Of a stretch of 64,000 nt of DNA, positions 15,001 through 55,818 are shown piece by piece (the stretch's first letter is position 1; each line of letters opens with the position of its first letter). A program made the translations under genes and the position numbers. The notes beneath the pieces are model-generated. The model worked only from the letters and a program-made list of their open reading frames with translations, was not told the DNA's origin and made no database searches. This DNA comes from Podarcis melisellensis. Taxonomy: Eukaryota. The stretch lies in NCBI GenBank assembly GCA_964234715.1, contig OZ174275.1. One strand, written 5' to 3'.

Positions 15001-18000
15001 GAAATAAATACCGGTAATTACATTCCACATTGCTTTGAGTCATTTAAATAATAGTATGAATAAATTATAGAAGGTGTATCAAGTAATCAATTTTATTGGA
15101 TGCTAAGGATTCAATACAGATAGTAATTCTGTGTCTATGTCCTAAATGCATCCATGGTACTTTTTCTCTGGCATCCTGTTTCCCATAATAACTGGATGTT
15201 CAGGAGGTAGCTGTACCCAGGAGTGTCTTTGCCCAACTTTCATTCATACAATGGCTTCATCCATTTCTAGAGAAGCCGGGTCCGGCTATGCTGACCCATT
15301 CAGAACCATCAAAGCAAAGGTTGCGGGGGAGGGGGGACAGACAAAAATTTGGGGGACATCTGCCTATGCAACTCACTGTGGATCCAACTCACATTATCCT
15401 AACAAGTAGTAAAACATAGTATATACTTACAATCTCATCACAAACAGCAGCAGTATCCTGAGATGAAACAGTGATACCGTTGCATGATTCTACAACACAA
15501 AATGGAGTTGAAGAGAAAATTATGTGGACAATGTTAAATATTCAATCTAATCAGAATATTATTGTTTATATCTCACGACTGTTACAATATAACTCATAAA
15601 ACCAACAACATTTGAAGTTGAGTATAAGCAATTGAGTGTAGAATAAGAAGAGCAAGTAGAAACGGCAACCTTCCTAGGTACAATTCAAACACATTTCCCC
15701 TTACAGTGGTACCTCGGAAGTCAAATGGAATGTGTTTCAGAAGTCTGTTTGACTTCCAAAACGTTTGGAAACCAATGCACGGCTTCAGATTGGCTGCAAG
15801 AAGCTCCTGCAGCCAATCGTAAACTACAGAAGCCACATTGGACATTTGTATTCCAAAAAAACGTTTGCAAACTGGAACACTCACTTCCAGGTTTCCGGCA
15901 TTTGGGAGCCAAAACGTTCGACTTGCAAGGCATTTGGGATTCAAGGTATGACTGTATTTCAAATCCATTCAAAGGAGTTTCACTGGGGTAATTTCTTTAT
16001 AGTAAATCTTTATATGACAAAACAATCTAAATTATTTTAAAATACATTTGAAATGTAAGTTTCAAATGAATATAAATTCAAATGAAAATATGAAGTATTT
16101 GAAAATGAAACAAAACAAAAAAAAACATCCCAAGGAAAAAATGAAGGCACCACATTACACTTTGTAATGTACTGAAAAATTAAGGCTTAAAGTGAATGGC
16201 TGTTAACTTTTCAGTAAATGATGGTCAGGATGCCAATAGGATTTTCATGAGGGCACACACATATAATATTTGAATATGGTTTGTATCCTGTGCAAATTGT
16301 GTCCTGTTTTGCAGGTGGAGGGGGGGGGCAAAGATAAATCAGGGACTCCATGCAAATAAGGGGACATACTGTATGCCAACAGGTGCAAGTTTTCCCAGAA
16401 TTGTATTTCCATAGTAGAATAGGTTTAACATGGATCTCTATCCATCACATAGCTGTTAAAAGAACAAAGAACATTTCCATTTCTGAAACAGCGCTACATT
16501 CACTGCAAGTGCCTTCCATTCCTGGAAGCTTTAGAAAACAAGTTGCAACTGAAACAACTTGGATGCCAAGTGTGAAGTTTCCAACTGTAATCAATAAACA
16601 TCAAACATAGGGCAAAAAGTTACAGTTTCCTTTAATGTAATAATTGGTAAGCAAAAGGCCTCCATTTCTGATTCCTTTAAAGGAAGCTAAAAGAGCTAAA
16701 GGTAAAAATGATTTATCTTTAATAATAATAAGCAATCCAGAAAACATATTAAGTGGAAACCCATCTGCACGAAACAAAAGATGCAAACATGAAAGGATAT
16801 TTCAAAAACACTCACCACCAGAACACTCTGGTATGGCTTGTGACACTGTAGAACTATTAATAATTCCTTTGATTTGGTCACAAGAAACACAGTTCTTTGC
16901 ATCTGCAGTTGAAGTTATTGTTCTCAATACCTAGGAAAGCAAACATACTGTTCGAACTTAATATACAAAACTATTTGTGGTGTAATAATAATAAATATTT
17001 TTAAATGTTAAATTATATACACTGTAATAGTACTATAACAAATCTTATCTATATCCCATGATCGATCCTATCATGCCTCAGTCCTCCATCAGGAGGCTGA
17101 GAGGGATACACGCCCAATGCCTATGCAGAGTATGTGGCCAATTTTAAATCCCCAAATATTGTCTTGTCCAGTTTGTTCTCCTTCTTAGGATGGACCTTGC
17201 TCCTTGGGGTGGGATCACTGTTAGTGGGACAGCAGTATTGTTCCCATTCTCAGGACATGAAGAGCTAGAAATGTACCTAATTAGGACTAAAATGCATTCA
17301 TGATATATTCCACATGTATCATAATGCAATATTTCTAAGCTGCACTACATTTTCATTAAATGATGCTGAATTTTTATCTAAAGCAACTAAAATGCAATGA
17401 TTACTTCAAAGCACATATATTATGATTCAGGTATTTTTAAAAAGCAGTCTTACTGGTATCATTTCTACATTTGTATTGACTGCTCCATCAGCAGTACTGG
17501 TGCCAAGAGATAGCATGGAACCTCTATGTTCTGTCATTAAGGAAGATGGAAAATGGATGTTCTGTGAGCCCAGTTGCAATTTTGGTAAATATGCACATGT
17601 TGTCACTTCTGAAAGAGTCGCTTCTGGTAATTTCTGATATTTTCCAAGGACTTCATCACAAAACTCTTGTGTACATGGCTGCATTTTAACTTCCAACATT
17701 GCATGTTCATTTTCTCTATTCAGAGCATGTTTCCCGCGATTCAGTGCAGCTTCAGCCATAGAACTTAAATAGGTGTCTTGACTGGAATAGAATTCTTCTT
17801 CAACTGGTTTATTAATTAAATCATTCTTTGGACTAAGAATTTCGGAATTAAAGGTCTTCACAAGTCCATTGTCTATTCTTGAAATTCTACTAAAGGTTAT
17901 ATGACTTTCCATAGGTACAGTTAAACTTTCAGATTGGTAGTATTTGATCTCTGTAGAGACATCTATTTGTCCTGGGCCAATTTTCATCTCGGTAGCTGTT

Positions 18001-19372
18001 TCAGCTTCAAAATAAACAAACAAAAATAAGCAACAAATCATATCCAACATAAGTCTCCAATCCTAAGCATATGCTCACTGATCACTTACATATTGGATGG
18101 TGTATACACAAGATCTCACTCTTGCACTCTGCAAATCCACACTACAAACTCACCCTTGGTTTTACAGATAGTAACTAACATGGATTAGAATTCCCAACTG
18201 AAATGTAAAGTTTCAATGGCTTAATGGAGAATCATTCACTTGTGTTTTCACTTTTAACCACCTTCTACGGGGTACTGGTTAAATTCAAATGCCAATTTGC
18301 TTTAACTGATCTTAATTATATTTTCTTCAGTAGTACTGCTGTGCATGTCTGATCTTCAAACATATAAACACTATCAACAGCAATCAATATAGAGTTGCAA
18401 CTTTTTCTATGCATTTGAAGTGCTTAAATTGTTTTTTATTAGACCACTGTTACTTGAACATGAATTATCTATTTGCCTTAGCCATACCTGAAACTTTTCC
18501 ATTGTTTGTGACAGAAACTTCTATGTATTATGAGAAAGTACATATTCTTACACTAGTATGAACTTGTCTTTTAAACATCACCATATGTAGTTTGGGAAAT
18601 GATTTCCCAATTACTATTACTATACTCAGAATAAATGTACCTTTTAATATTTCCACATTCAGTACTCGAACATATAAAGTTTTGAGATACAGTTCCAAAT
18701 AAGAAACAGACCCTATTGTTGGCAGACTAGATGCAAGATGCTAATATACATTATAAAGAAATAACAAAAAGTACATCTGAGGGGCATAAATGTGTTTTGT
18801 TTTTGTAAACTATTATACGGCCCTTCCAAAAATTTCAGATCAAACTTTTGCAACTGTGCCACTTCGAAATAGTATGTTTGCATCTGGATAACCCTGTCCT
18901 ATGATCTCCCATTTGCCTACCTGAAACAAAGGAGCTTTTTTTTAAGTATGTGTTGTGGTGGTTACCTCACACATTACAGATTAAGGGTATATTTACTTGT
19001 ATCTAAAGCAATTACACACCTCTACTTCACCTGAAGCAACAGTGCAATATAGATCTGTGTTGCTGCTTTGGATGCACCTCTATATTGTGTATGGTGCATA
19101 TCAGGGGTGGCTAACCTGGAGCCTTCCAAGTCTTATTGAATTAGAATTCACCTCATCCCTGGCTCTTAAACTTTGCTGTCTGGGGCTGATGGGAGTTGTT
19201 ACTCAACAACAAATGGAAGACCACAGGTTCCCCTGTACTGATGCACACACACACACTTTATTGGCCCAGCATGAAGATGTTCAGAGTTTCATGGTGTCTC
19301 CTTTTCACCAGGAGTGGGTGAAAAACCTGCCTGCCCAGAGTGGCTGGGGCAACCCAGTCAGATGGGTGGCAA

Positions 19373-19422
<50 letters not shown>

Positions 19423-19753
19423 GCCCTGACACGAATGACAACACTGGCCAGGGGTGGCTTCCATGTAGAGATGGTGGAATATGGGGTGCTTCACACTTTG
19501 CAGGTCTGACACCCCCGTGTGTGGTACACAACTAGTTCACAAAGACTTGTCGTTCATCCTTGGCACGTCTGCTTATTGTAAACACCAGTGTCCCAGGCTT
19601 GGGACGAACTTGATGGCAACCACATACAAGGTGAAGAAGCAGCCCTCACGCAGGCGGCGGACATTCTTTTAAACCGTGGTGGCTGAAGCGGGCCAGCCAC
19701 CCCGCCACCTCACCTTCCCCCTCCGCAGATTCCCGCCTTTTCCCCTCCATCAT
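2895..19753 (-). CDS. TESMIN: Tesmin (testis-expressed metallothionein-like, MTL5), CRC/CXC-domain protein, 13 coding exons, about 626 aa
   Basis: CXC motifs [18 protein letters not shown] and [19 protein letters not shown]; C-terminus [16 protein letters not shown]...FKSKGLKVE; synteny with CPT1A. Exon sizes 40,551,115,59,162,121,77,74,72,103,138,176,193 sum to 1881 nt in frame. Confidence 0.93.
4172..4518 (-). mobile_element. Sauria SINE (lacertid type), near full length
   Basis: tRNA-related head (GGTGGCGCTGTGGG...GGTTCGAATCCC) and Bov-B-related tail ending CCTTTACCTTT on the minus strand. Confidence 0.9.
4806..4981 (-). CDS. TESMIN: TESMIN penultimate exon
   Basis: [35 protein letters not shown]...KSRKDR; 176 nt. 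Confidence 0.95.
6196..6333 (-). CDS. TESMIN: TESMIN exon (RNPEAF hinge plus CXC2)
   Basis: [46 protein letters not shown]; 138 nt. Confidence 0.95.
6799..7048. mobile_element. hAT (Charlie-like) MITE
   Basis: TIRs CATGGGTAGGCAAA / TTTGCTAACCCCTG with a perfect 8-bp TSD CTCTAGGA. Confidence 0.85.
7174..7276 (-). CDS. TESMIN: TESMIN exon (CXC1 C-terminal half)
   Basis: [34 protein letters not shown]; 103 nt. Confidence 0.95.
8098..8169 (-). CDS. TESMIN: TESMIN 72-nt exon encoding the N-terminal half of CXC1
   Basis: (G)[23 protein letters not shown](L); phase 2 to 2; CCTAG acceptor, GTAAGT donor. Confidence 0.9.
8620..8760 (-). mobile_element. Degenerate L1-like ORF2 reverse-transcriptase fragment
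   Basis: [24 protein letters not shown] resembles the RT motif GxRQGCPLSPLLFxLAIEPLA. Confidence 0.75.
9079..9152 (-). CDS. TESMIN: TESMIN exon
   Basis: [24 protein letters not shown](G), similar to mammalian ...GPPKITLAG; 74 nt. Confidence 0.88.
9706..9816. mobile_element. hAT-like MITE
   Basis: TIRs TAGGGTTGCCATA / TATGGCAACCCTA. Confidence 0.7.
10327..10403 (-). CDS. TESMIN: TESMIN exon
   Basis: (D)[25 protein letters not shown]; 77 nt; donor GTAAGT. Confidence 0.9.
12628..12748 (-). CDS. TESMIN: TESMIN exon
   Basis: [40 protein letters not shown]; 121 nt. Confidence 0.93.
13201..13376. mobile_element. hAT-like MITE
   Basis: GCCAAC / GTTGGC subterminal inverted repeat; 8-bp TSD CACTTTAT / CACTTCAT. 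Confidence 0.7.
14066..14409 (-). mobile_element. Sauria SINE, full length, with 34-bp target-site duplication
   Basis: Highly similar to the 4172-4518 copy; flanking direct repeats at 14031-14064 and 14412-14445. Confidence 0.9.
14616..14777 (-). CDS. TESMIN: TESMIN exon
   Basis: [22 protein letters not shown]...YASPQV, similar to mammalian VEIKEAGG...NNPEEATLQN; 162 nt. Confidence 0.9.
15431..15489 (-). CDS. TESMIN: TESMIN extra exon B (59 nt, phase 1 to 0)
   Basis: TTGTAG|(E)[19 protein letters not shown]|GTAAGT; restores frame together with exon A. Confidence 0.65.
15704..15954. mobile_element. Tc1/mariner (pogo/Tigger-like) MITE
   Basis: TA|CAGTGGTACCTC ... AAGGTATGACTG|TA termini. 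Confidence 0.8.
16816..16930 (-). CDS. TESMIN: TESMIN extra exon A (115 nt, phase 0 to 1)
   Basis: TTTCCTAG|[38 protein letters not shown]+G|GTGAGT; frame is open. Confidence 0.65.
17454..18004 (-). CDS. TESMIN: TESMIN exon 2 (large, low-conservation N-terminal exon)
   Basis: Open frame ending in EMIP|GTAAGA, like the mammalian exon ending RMIP; acceptor TTTTGAAG. Confidence 0.85.
19373..19421. repeat. (ATT)n microsatellite
   Basis: About 16 tandem ATT units. Confidence 0.95.
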
Positions 19754-20030
19754 CAGCACTGCATTATGAGCAGCGCTCGCCGAAGGGGTGCCAAAGAGCC
19801 GTTGGCTGGGAAGTTTTAAGCGCAGAAGCGCCCGCGAGGGCCAGCGCGCGGGAAAAGCCGCTTCCTGCTAAGCAGCCCCGCCAAGCGGGGCGGATCTCCC
19901 TCCGGGCGGTTTTTCCTCAGCGCTTCTCCGCGCGCCTGCAAAAGCCACGCCGCCCGCTCGCATCTCTGAGCGGAGTGGATTCACGCTGGGCGCTGAAGGG
20001 AAAAGAATTCAGCCTTCCCGCCTCATTTCC
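19640..20030. promoter_or_regulatory. CpG island / TESMIN promoter
   Basis: CpG-dense block around exon 1, with GC boxes, an E2F-type site TTTTCCCGCGC (19846-19856) and a MYB-type site CAACGG (19799-19804). Confidence 0.8.
19714..19753 (-). CDS. TESMIN: TESMIN exon 1 putative coding part ([13 protein letters not shown])
   Basis: Donor GAAG|GTGAGG in the CpG island; phase 1 joins exon 2 in frame. An alternative start is the ATG at 17987. Confidence 0.5.
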
Positions 20031-21461
20031 CAATCTCAACCCCTTTCGATATTAGGGCAAGAATCACACAGGCAACTTATGTGCAATTGTTAAAACTCCT
20101 CTTCCCTTCCCCAGCCGGCGCCTGTTTTTCTTGAGGCAGCGGCTGAGAATCTAGGGGCTTTGCTGGTTTTCTCTCTTTTTTAATAAGGGGACATTCGCTT
20201 AAAAACGCATGAGGATCAGTGAAAATATAAGGCACAGAATGGCATGAGGGAAGTTCCAGAATAAGGAACATTCCCCGCCGAAGATACGCAGATAGTATCA
20301 GTGTCGGATTTACGTGTAAGCTAAACAAGCTATAGAAATATAAGATAAAAAACAAATAAAACATACAGCAACTGTTTGTGTTGTGTAGGCTCCTATGATG
20401 TAAGTAATGGGCCCTGCGTGCTATATAAAGGGCCCCATTACCTTCAGTAGCTTAGGGCCTCATCAAACCTAAATCTGGCCCTGAGTATAAGGCTGCTTCA
20501 TTTTTAACATATGTAATGTTAACGAACAAAGGTGGCACAGGGTAAAAAAGAGCTAAGCAAAGTTTACAACTAGATTGGTCTTTTTTTAAAAAAAATAAAA
20601 GAGTGGATTTTCTGTTAGATAAGAGGGAATTTATACACAACTAGACACCATGTCATATTCTCTAACTTCTTCCCTCACACCCGCTTCTTGTGGCACAGCA
20701 GCAGCATGCACAGGGCAGCATCAAGTAATTAGGGCAGGAAAAAACCTTGTCAAAACAGTGCAGTTTAATCATCCTCCCATAGAAGCCAACTCCTTGGGGT
20801 GGAGGAGGCTTTGCCAGCCCCACAGTAAATTTTTTTGAGGGGGGCAATGTTGATGGGCACTTCCATTGTGTGCGTGTGCAGTGTCATGTGATTTTGTGGG
20901 ACGGGGCCCACATATACACGATTAGAATATGCACAATTAAAAATGAGCATTCTTTACAAATTGACAAGCATCATGCTGCAAGAAATCACTTCCACAGAAA
21001 ATGAGTTCAGTTCCAAATATTCCAACTTTTGTGATTAAATAGCATATACACCTAAATCCATGCATTGGGAAAAGAACCGAGGGGGTGAAGTGCTTTTCAC
21101 TGGGCTTTTTAAAGTCTGGAATGTACCACTTCTGAATGCAATTAGTATGCAATAGAAAGCCAGTTTTCACATTCCAATTAGAAATGGAAATAGGTTCAGT
21201 GTCTCAAAGCTTCTGGTTATACAAAAATATAAAGATAATTAATTACTCATTACTATTCATGCATATTGTTGCAGTTTTCATTATCAAAAGCCCTTTTAAA
21301 AATCAGTGTAAGATCAATACATCTAAGTAGACTTTCTAGCATATATAATCCTTGACAATTCTTTTGAAATGAATGTTCTTTGGAATTTATAAGACTATGA
21401 TAGAAATGAATGTGTTCCCACATCTATGAAATAAAATCACATACTTCAGAATATTAATTTC

Positions 21462-21467
21462 TTTATT
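21462..21467 (-). terminator. Candidate distal CPT1A polyadenylation signal AATAAA (a proximal candidate lies at 23185-23190)
   Basis: TTTATT on + strand, about 2.2 kb after the stop codon, in AT-rich 3' UTR-like sequence. Confidence 0.45.
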
Positions 21468-23641
21468 AAGGATAACCTATGCTTACTGTGCGTTTAAAGA
21501 TTTACAACCAATGGAACATTATTTACATGCAGTTGACATTCTGAGAGGATACAAACCAAGTCTTTTTAGAAATTGTTTGGTGTCAAATAAAAAATGCATG
21601 ACAGCTTAACCCTCCAAACACTTGCAATAAAAAAAGGTTGTCCTCCGCCAATTACATTCCCTTAAAGAATGCAAAAATTGCATTGATAATGCATTAACTA
21701 TGATTACATTGGAAATATCTAAAACCTGAGTCAAACCTAAGTAAGCTCTTAATAAAAAAGATTATTTACCTTAAAATTAATATATTAGTCAGTGGACAAT
21801 ATAAAGCATATGAACAAAGCTCCAAAACACTGACTCTTAACTTGCTGCTGTACATTGATTAGACACCATGCTGCATTTTAGGATTCATTCCCACCCACCC
21901 CAAATTTTGTTTATTTACTGTAGTTAATCAAACGTAACATGTTCCACCCATTCCTGTGGGGGGCTCTGTACTCTAATATCTATTTACAGAGCATTGCCAT
22001 CTGACCTTCATTTTATACCCAAGCCGACATGTTGAACAACCAAGAATATTATTAATATTCTTCATCTCAGGACAGAAGAGACCTCCTCACACCCTCAATT
22101 TGTTTTAAATGTTAAAAGTTCTGGAACATTAGGATTGAATATTAAAATCTCTGAACATGTTGCATGATCATTTTTATAGCCTATTCATATAAGCAGATGT
22201 AATTGCTGCACTAAACTCTTAGTTTTATTTAAAGATTGCCAAGAGGACTTTGCTGTTATATTTTTGTAATGTTAATATTTTTAGGCTTTTTAGTGTACTT
22301 TGTGCCAGCCATGAGCCCCCATACTATTGTCCTTGTAATTCTCATTACAAATTCTCTGGTAATGTTATTCATGATTTGCCATGCCTTCTATTTTTAAGAC
22401 ATTGAGTTTGGGACCACTTATTTTAACCATGACCTAAGTATACTGAAGGTTTCTCCATTATAATTTTTCATGATTGCACATAAGGCAAGAGTTGCTTAAG
22501 GCAAACGACAATGTGCCACCTAGGCTGAGACTAGCTTGCACTGTGAATTGTCCCACAAATTTTGCATCTGATGGCTAACTTGCCTGAAATATAGGGAAAT
22601 GTTATGAAATGTGGCAGCTTTCACCGATATTGATCTCCCATTTGAAACAAAAAAGTTCTACTGAAACTTTTTATAAAAAACTAGCATAGAAATTACCCCT
22701 GTCTCAAAGGAAAGGGCTTTCATTAGGTTAAAACCAAAGGAAATTTCATGTTGGACCATTCAAATGCAACACCATACAGAAATGTGCTGACTTTTACCCA
22801 AATATACCTAGATAAGTTATTGTGAATTAGCAACTCTATTTCCAAGTTCAGCAGTTCTACTTTCCATATCTAGCAGACAATTTACAAGTTAATACAAAAC
22901 ACCCCACAGTGTAATAATGTCCTGCATTTAGAACCTTGTTTTTTGATGTACTGGAATACATGTAAAACAGGCCCATTCACAACGTAAGTGAGAATGCAGA
23001 AAAATACTAGGGCATGTATATTTTTTAAGTGTGTTCAATTGTCGCAGTTGCGGGTAGAGCAAATATTTCATCAGTGACCTATGGCAATATAAGCTTAGTT
23101 CCAAGCAACAAAACATTTTTTTCACTTAGCGCATTACATTAGATTTGCCAGAATATTATTTTACGTTCAGCTTAATGAAATGCCTTTATTTAAAATGAAT
23201 GCCCGAAGTTGTCACTTACTGATTAAAAAAACCCCCAGCAGATACATTAATTGATGGTTTGCTACAGGTACTTTTCAAGTCAGGTTTTTTGTTGACATGA
23301 GATTGGAATGCACCATTTTAATCCCTTCATTTATAGAATACAGGTAGAGAGATTTTAAAGTAAGAAATGATCAAATGTACACCAAATTAGGACAGGTCTA
23401 GACATCTTAACTTGTGGCCAGTTTGCAGCTCTTCTATTAACACAGAGAATATAAAAAGTCATATCTTGGGGAGAAGAAAACTCTTCTGATCAACTGTAGT
23501 AATGGATGTTGGAACTTCTCCCAATAATACTTATTTATATAACTCTGAATGGATTGCTGCATAGCTGCCTTGTTTTCAGCCACTGATCAGAAGAGTTCTC
23601 ACTGCCAACACAGGATGCTTAGTTGACTTGCTGTTAGGGAA

Positions 23642-52442
<28,801 letters not shown>

Positions 52443-54573
52443 TTACCTGGCAAACAGAAAAACAAACAAATGTTTATTCGTAGCTACTTAATTTGCATGA
52501 GAGAATTAGAAACCAAGAATATGATATCTACCGCAAATTTGTAAAGGCGACTAATCATCATCTTTGTTTACTGAAGGTATCAAATACTGCTTGAGTGCTA
52601 CTCCAGTCCACATCATTAGGCAGCATTCAGTCATTTATACCTCCACCAATAAGCCAAACTATGGGTGAGCGTTTTGGTCATGCACACAGCCCTTGCACAT
52701 GTAAGCAAAAAATGTTGGCTAGTCTTCCATTAACTAAAGTTTCCAGTTTTGTTGGAACTGGGAAACTTTGATTTAACAGATTTGGAGAAGACCAAAATAG
52801 TAAGCCATAGTTAATGGTATGTTTTCCACCTTTTACAGCTCGGTTATGTGTGTGGCCAAAAGGCTCAGTCATATCTTAGCCTAGATATGCCTCATCATGC
52901 ATGAGTGCCCACAATAACTTCAACAAGGCAACTGACAAGAAGTCCATGCTCTGGAGTAATCACATTCTCTCATTAAGAACAAGTGCTATAGTGAAGCCAG
53001 ACACTGCTTGCCAGAACCAAGATATTATTGATGGTCATAAACCCACAGGAAATATTTCAAGTAAAGCTTTTAAGCAACTGTTTTTCATATACAGATTTAA
53101 CACCCTATTACTCCAGTGTAACGAATACTTAGAACATCCACTTCCATTAACAAGCAGAGTTCTTTTAGAGCAAATTTGGCAATTTGGTTCACTGCCCAAC
53201 AGCAGCCCAGCTCCTCTCTCCCCATTTCCCAATCCATCCAAACCATAACTGGATTAAGTTTTGCCACAATAAAATGAATACTCTTTTTTAAAAAAGAGAT
53301 AAATGAACATTTAATTGAATACAATGCTTTAAAATGTATTTTGATGAGGCCGACAGCCCTTTGGGCAGGATTGATGGCTGAATCAGCATTGGAATTGCTA
53401 TGTACTGGTAAATCTTGCATAGTGGAAAGAAACTGGGTTCCTCACATAGGAGAATAAAACATAAACGTTTTGATAATATATTGTAAGCTGCTGAAAAGAT
53501 AGCTGCTTGTCAAAATCGATAAGCACATTCATGGCTGAGGAGGTGCCACCTGATTTATATCTCATTCTCTTCTTTGGTACACTATAACCTAAAGCAGGGG
53601 TAAGGAAACCTGTAGGCCTCTGGATGATTTTGGACTTCCAAACCCACTCAGTATGGCCAATGGTGAGGCACGTTGGGAGTTGTAGTCCAACAACATGTGC
53701 TAAAGGCTTCCCACAACTGACCTACAGCTTTATTTAAAACAAATTTGCGTAGATAAAGCTGATCTTCATGTAGCAATACAACATTAGCCACAGACAAAGT
53801 CACAGGTTGGGGATGGGACTAGCATATAGCCAGGAAAGAGTGAGAGGATTAAGGGAAGATTGGCTTTAAAAGGAAGACACGAGAATGAAATGACCATGCA
53901 GAGGACAACTTTATCATATTTGCTGTCAGTGTTAACCCTGGAAGCGCATGTATATCCCACTGGGCAAATGAAACAAATGAAAAATAGTTGGGGACCAAAC
54001 ACTTCCTCTTATAATGAATACAGGACTTCAACATTCTTTGCAGTAGTCAAGCATGATACAAGTTTAAATGGAAGCTTCCATTTCTACATCAGGCCCTTAA
54101 CAAGGTCTGTGACAACATTATTGTTCACTGGCAGAATGAGAGCTGCTTCCTTCCCCGGTGGAGGAGGGCCCAGAGCTTTGTAGCAGAGCTTGTGGCTTTG
54201 CATGCAAAACTAGGATCTCCAGTTAAAATTATCCAGTAGCAGTTGATTGCAAAACGTCTGTCCAAAATCTTCAAGAGCTGCTTCGTGAGTAGGCAAAATT
54301 GCTCTAGATGGGCAAATATTCTGATCTGCTATGAAGCAGTTTCCAGTGTTCTTAGTGGCTGGTTTGATTCTCATTTCTAAGTTCTTAAGCAATGAATTCT
54401 AGGCAAGATATATGAATAGTTGCATGAAAATTAGAGTTAATTGTATTTCATGTAAAGAGAAAACTAGGGTCTCAGACACTGATGTTGAAAACTAGCCCCC
54501 CCCTCTAAATTTTAAAACTGAATGCTTTTTCCTTTCCACCACATGAATTCCCAAAGAAAATGCTCACTCAATA

Positions 54574-54814
54574 CAGTGGTTCCTTGGGTTAAGAACTTAA
54601 TTCATTCCGGAGGTCCGTTCTTAACCTGAAACTGTTCTTAACCTGAAGCACCACTTTAGCTAGTGGGGCCTCCCGCTGCTGTGCGCTGCTACTGCACGAT
54701 TTCTGTTCTCATCCTGAAGCAAAGTTCTTAACCTGAGGTAATATTTCTGGGTTAGCGGAGTCTGTAACCTGAAGCGTATGTAACCTGAAGCGTATGTAAC
54801 CCAAGGTACCACTT
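54574..54814. mobile_element. Tc1/mariner MITE
   Basis: Same family as the outer element at 26130-26682. Confidence 0.85.
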
Positions 54815-55772
54815 TATTATTTCTCTGCACCAGTTATTATCAACTGGAGGTCCACGGACCACCAGGGATTCTACGTAACCCACCCAGGGGTTCCACTGCA
54901 CCATTCACATAACGAAAACTACTACAGAGATATCAAAATTCTCACAAGTAGGGAGTCCATAGCTTGGCTTTTGAAAAACAGGGCATCCGCAGTATTTCAC
55001 AAATTGGGAATCACTGCTCTGCACTCATGGACAAATATGAGAAGTCAAAATGCTACTCTGATGAAGGCTAAAATATATGAAACTTAAAGGATATGGCAGT
55101 GGGCTTATCCGCACTGTGCTCTGTAGCTTTCCTAGAGAAAACCCACCCTTTAGCGCTGAATTGGAGCAAATGGCAATCTGTGCAAAACCGAAATTGTTGT
55201 TTGTTGTGCTTCAGCTTTAAAGAGTGGGTTTTTGCAGGGGAAGCTCCAGGGTGGAAAAAAGAACCCACTCAGACACATAGCTTTAAAGCACAGACCTGTG
55301 CCTGGAAAGAACTGTACAGGGCAAAGGTAAGTATGGATATGCCTTCAGCCCTAGCAGCGTCACTAACACTTCACTTACATGAGTTTGTAGTTTCCCTCCC
55401 TTAAATAACAAAATATGACTTAGTATTATAAGCAGACAGCTGAGTATTAAAGAAACCCTGAACTATCATTTCTCTTTTAAGATTATTCTCCCGCTCTCTA
55501 AATGAGATTTTTTAAATAGTCTGCTGTACAGCACTTTTCCCCACCTCCACATTTCTAAAGCAGTCACATGTTTGCTCAGAAAAGTGGGTGAAAGGCCACG
55601 GCACTACAGAGCATGTGCGTTTATGCAGGGGGGGAAATGCAGATCACTACTGCAGGGAAAGCTAAAGCTATACAAAATTACGCAATTGAAAAAATGAGGA
55701 AGCTCTTATTTGGGTTGCCGGCGTGTCATTTGGCAGTACCCTTGGCCAGGCTTTGCTAAAGGAAGAGTAAAG

Positions 55773-55776
<4 letters not shown>

Positions 55777-55816
<40 letters not shown>
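55777..55816. repeat. (AC)n microsatellite
   Basis: About 20 AC units. Confidence 0.95.

Positions 55817-55818
<2 letters not shown>

Noticed and set aside
18997-19535. 170-aa and 73-aa ORFs with poly-Leu / poly-Ile
   Set aside because: Produced by the (ATT)n microsatellite and repeat fragments; no protein-family features.
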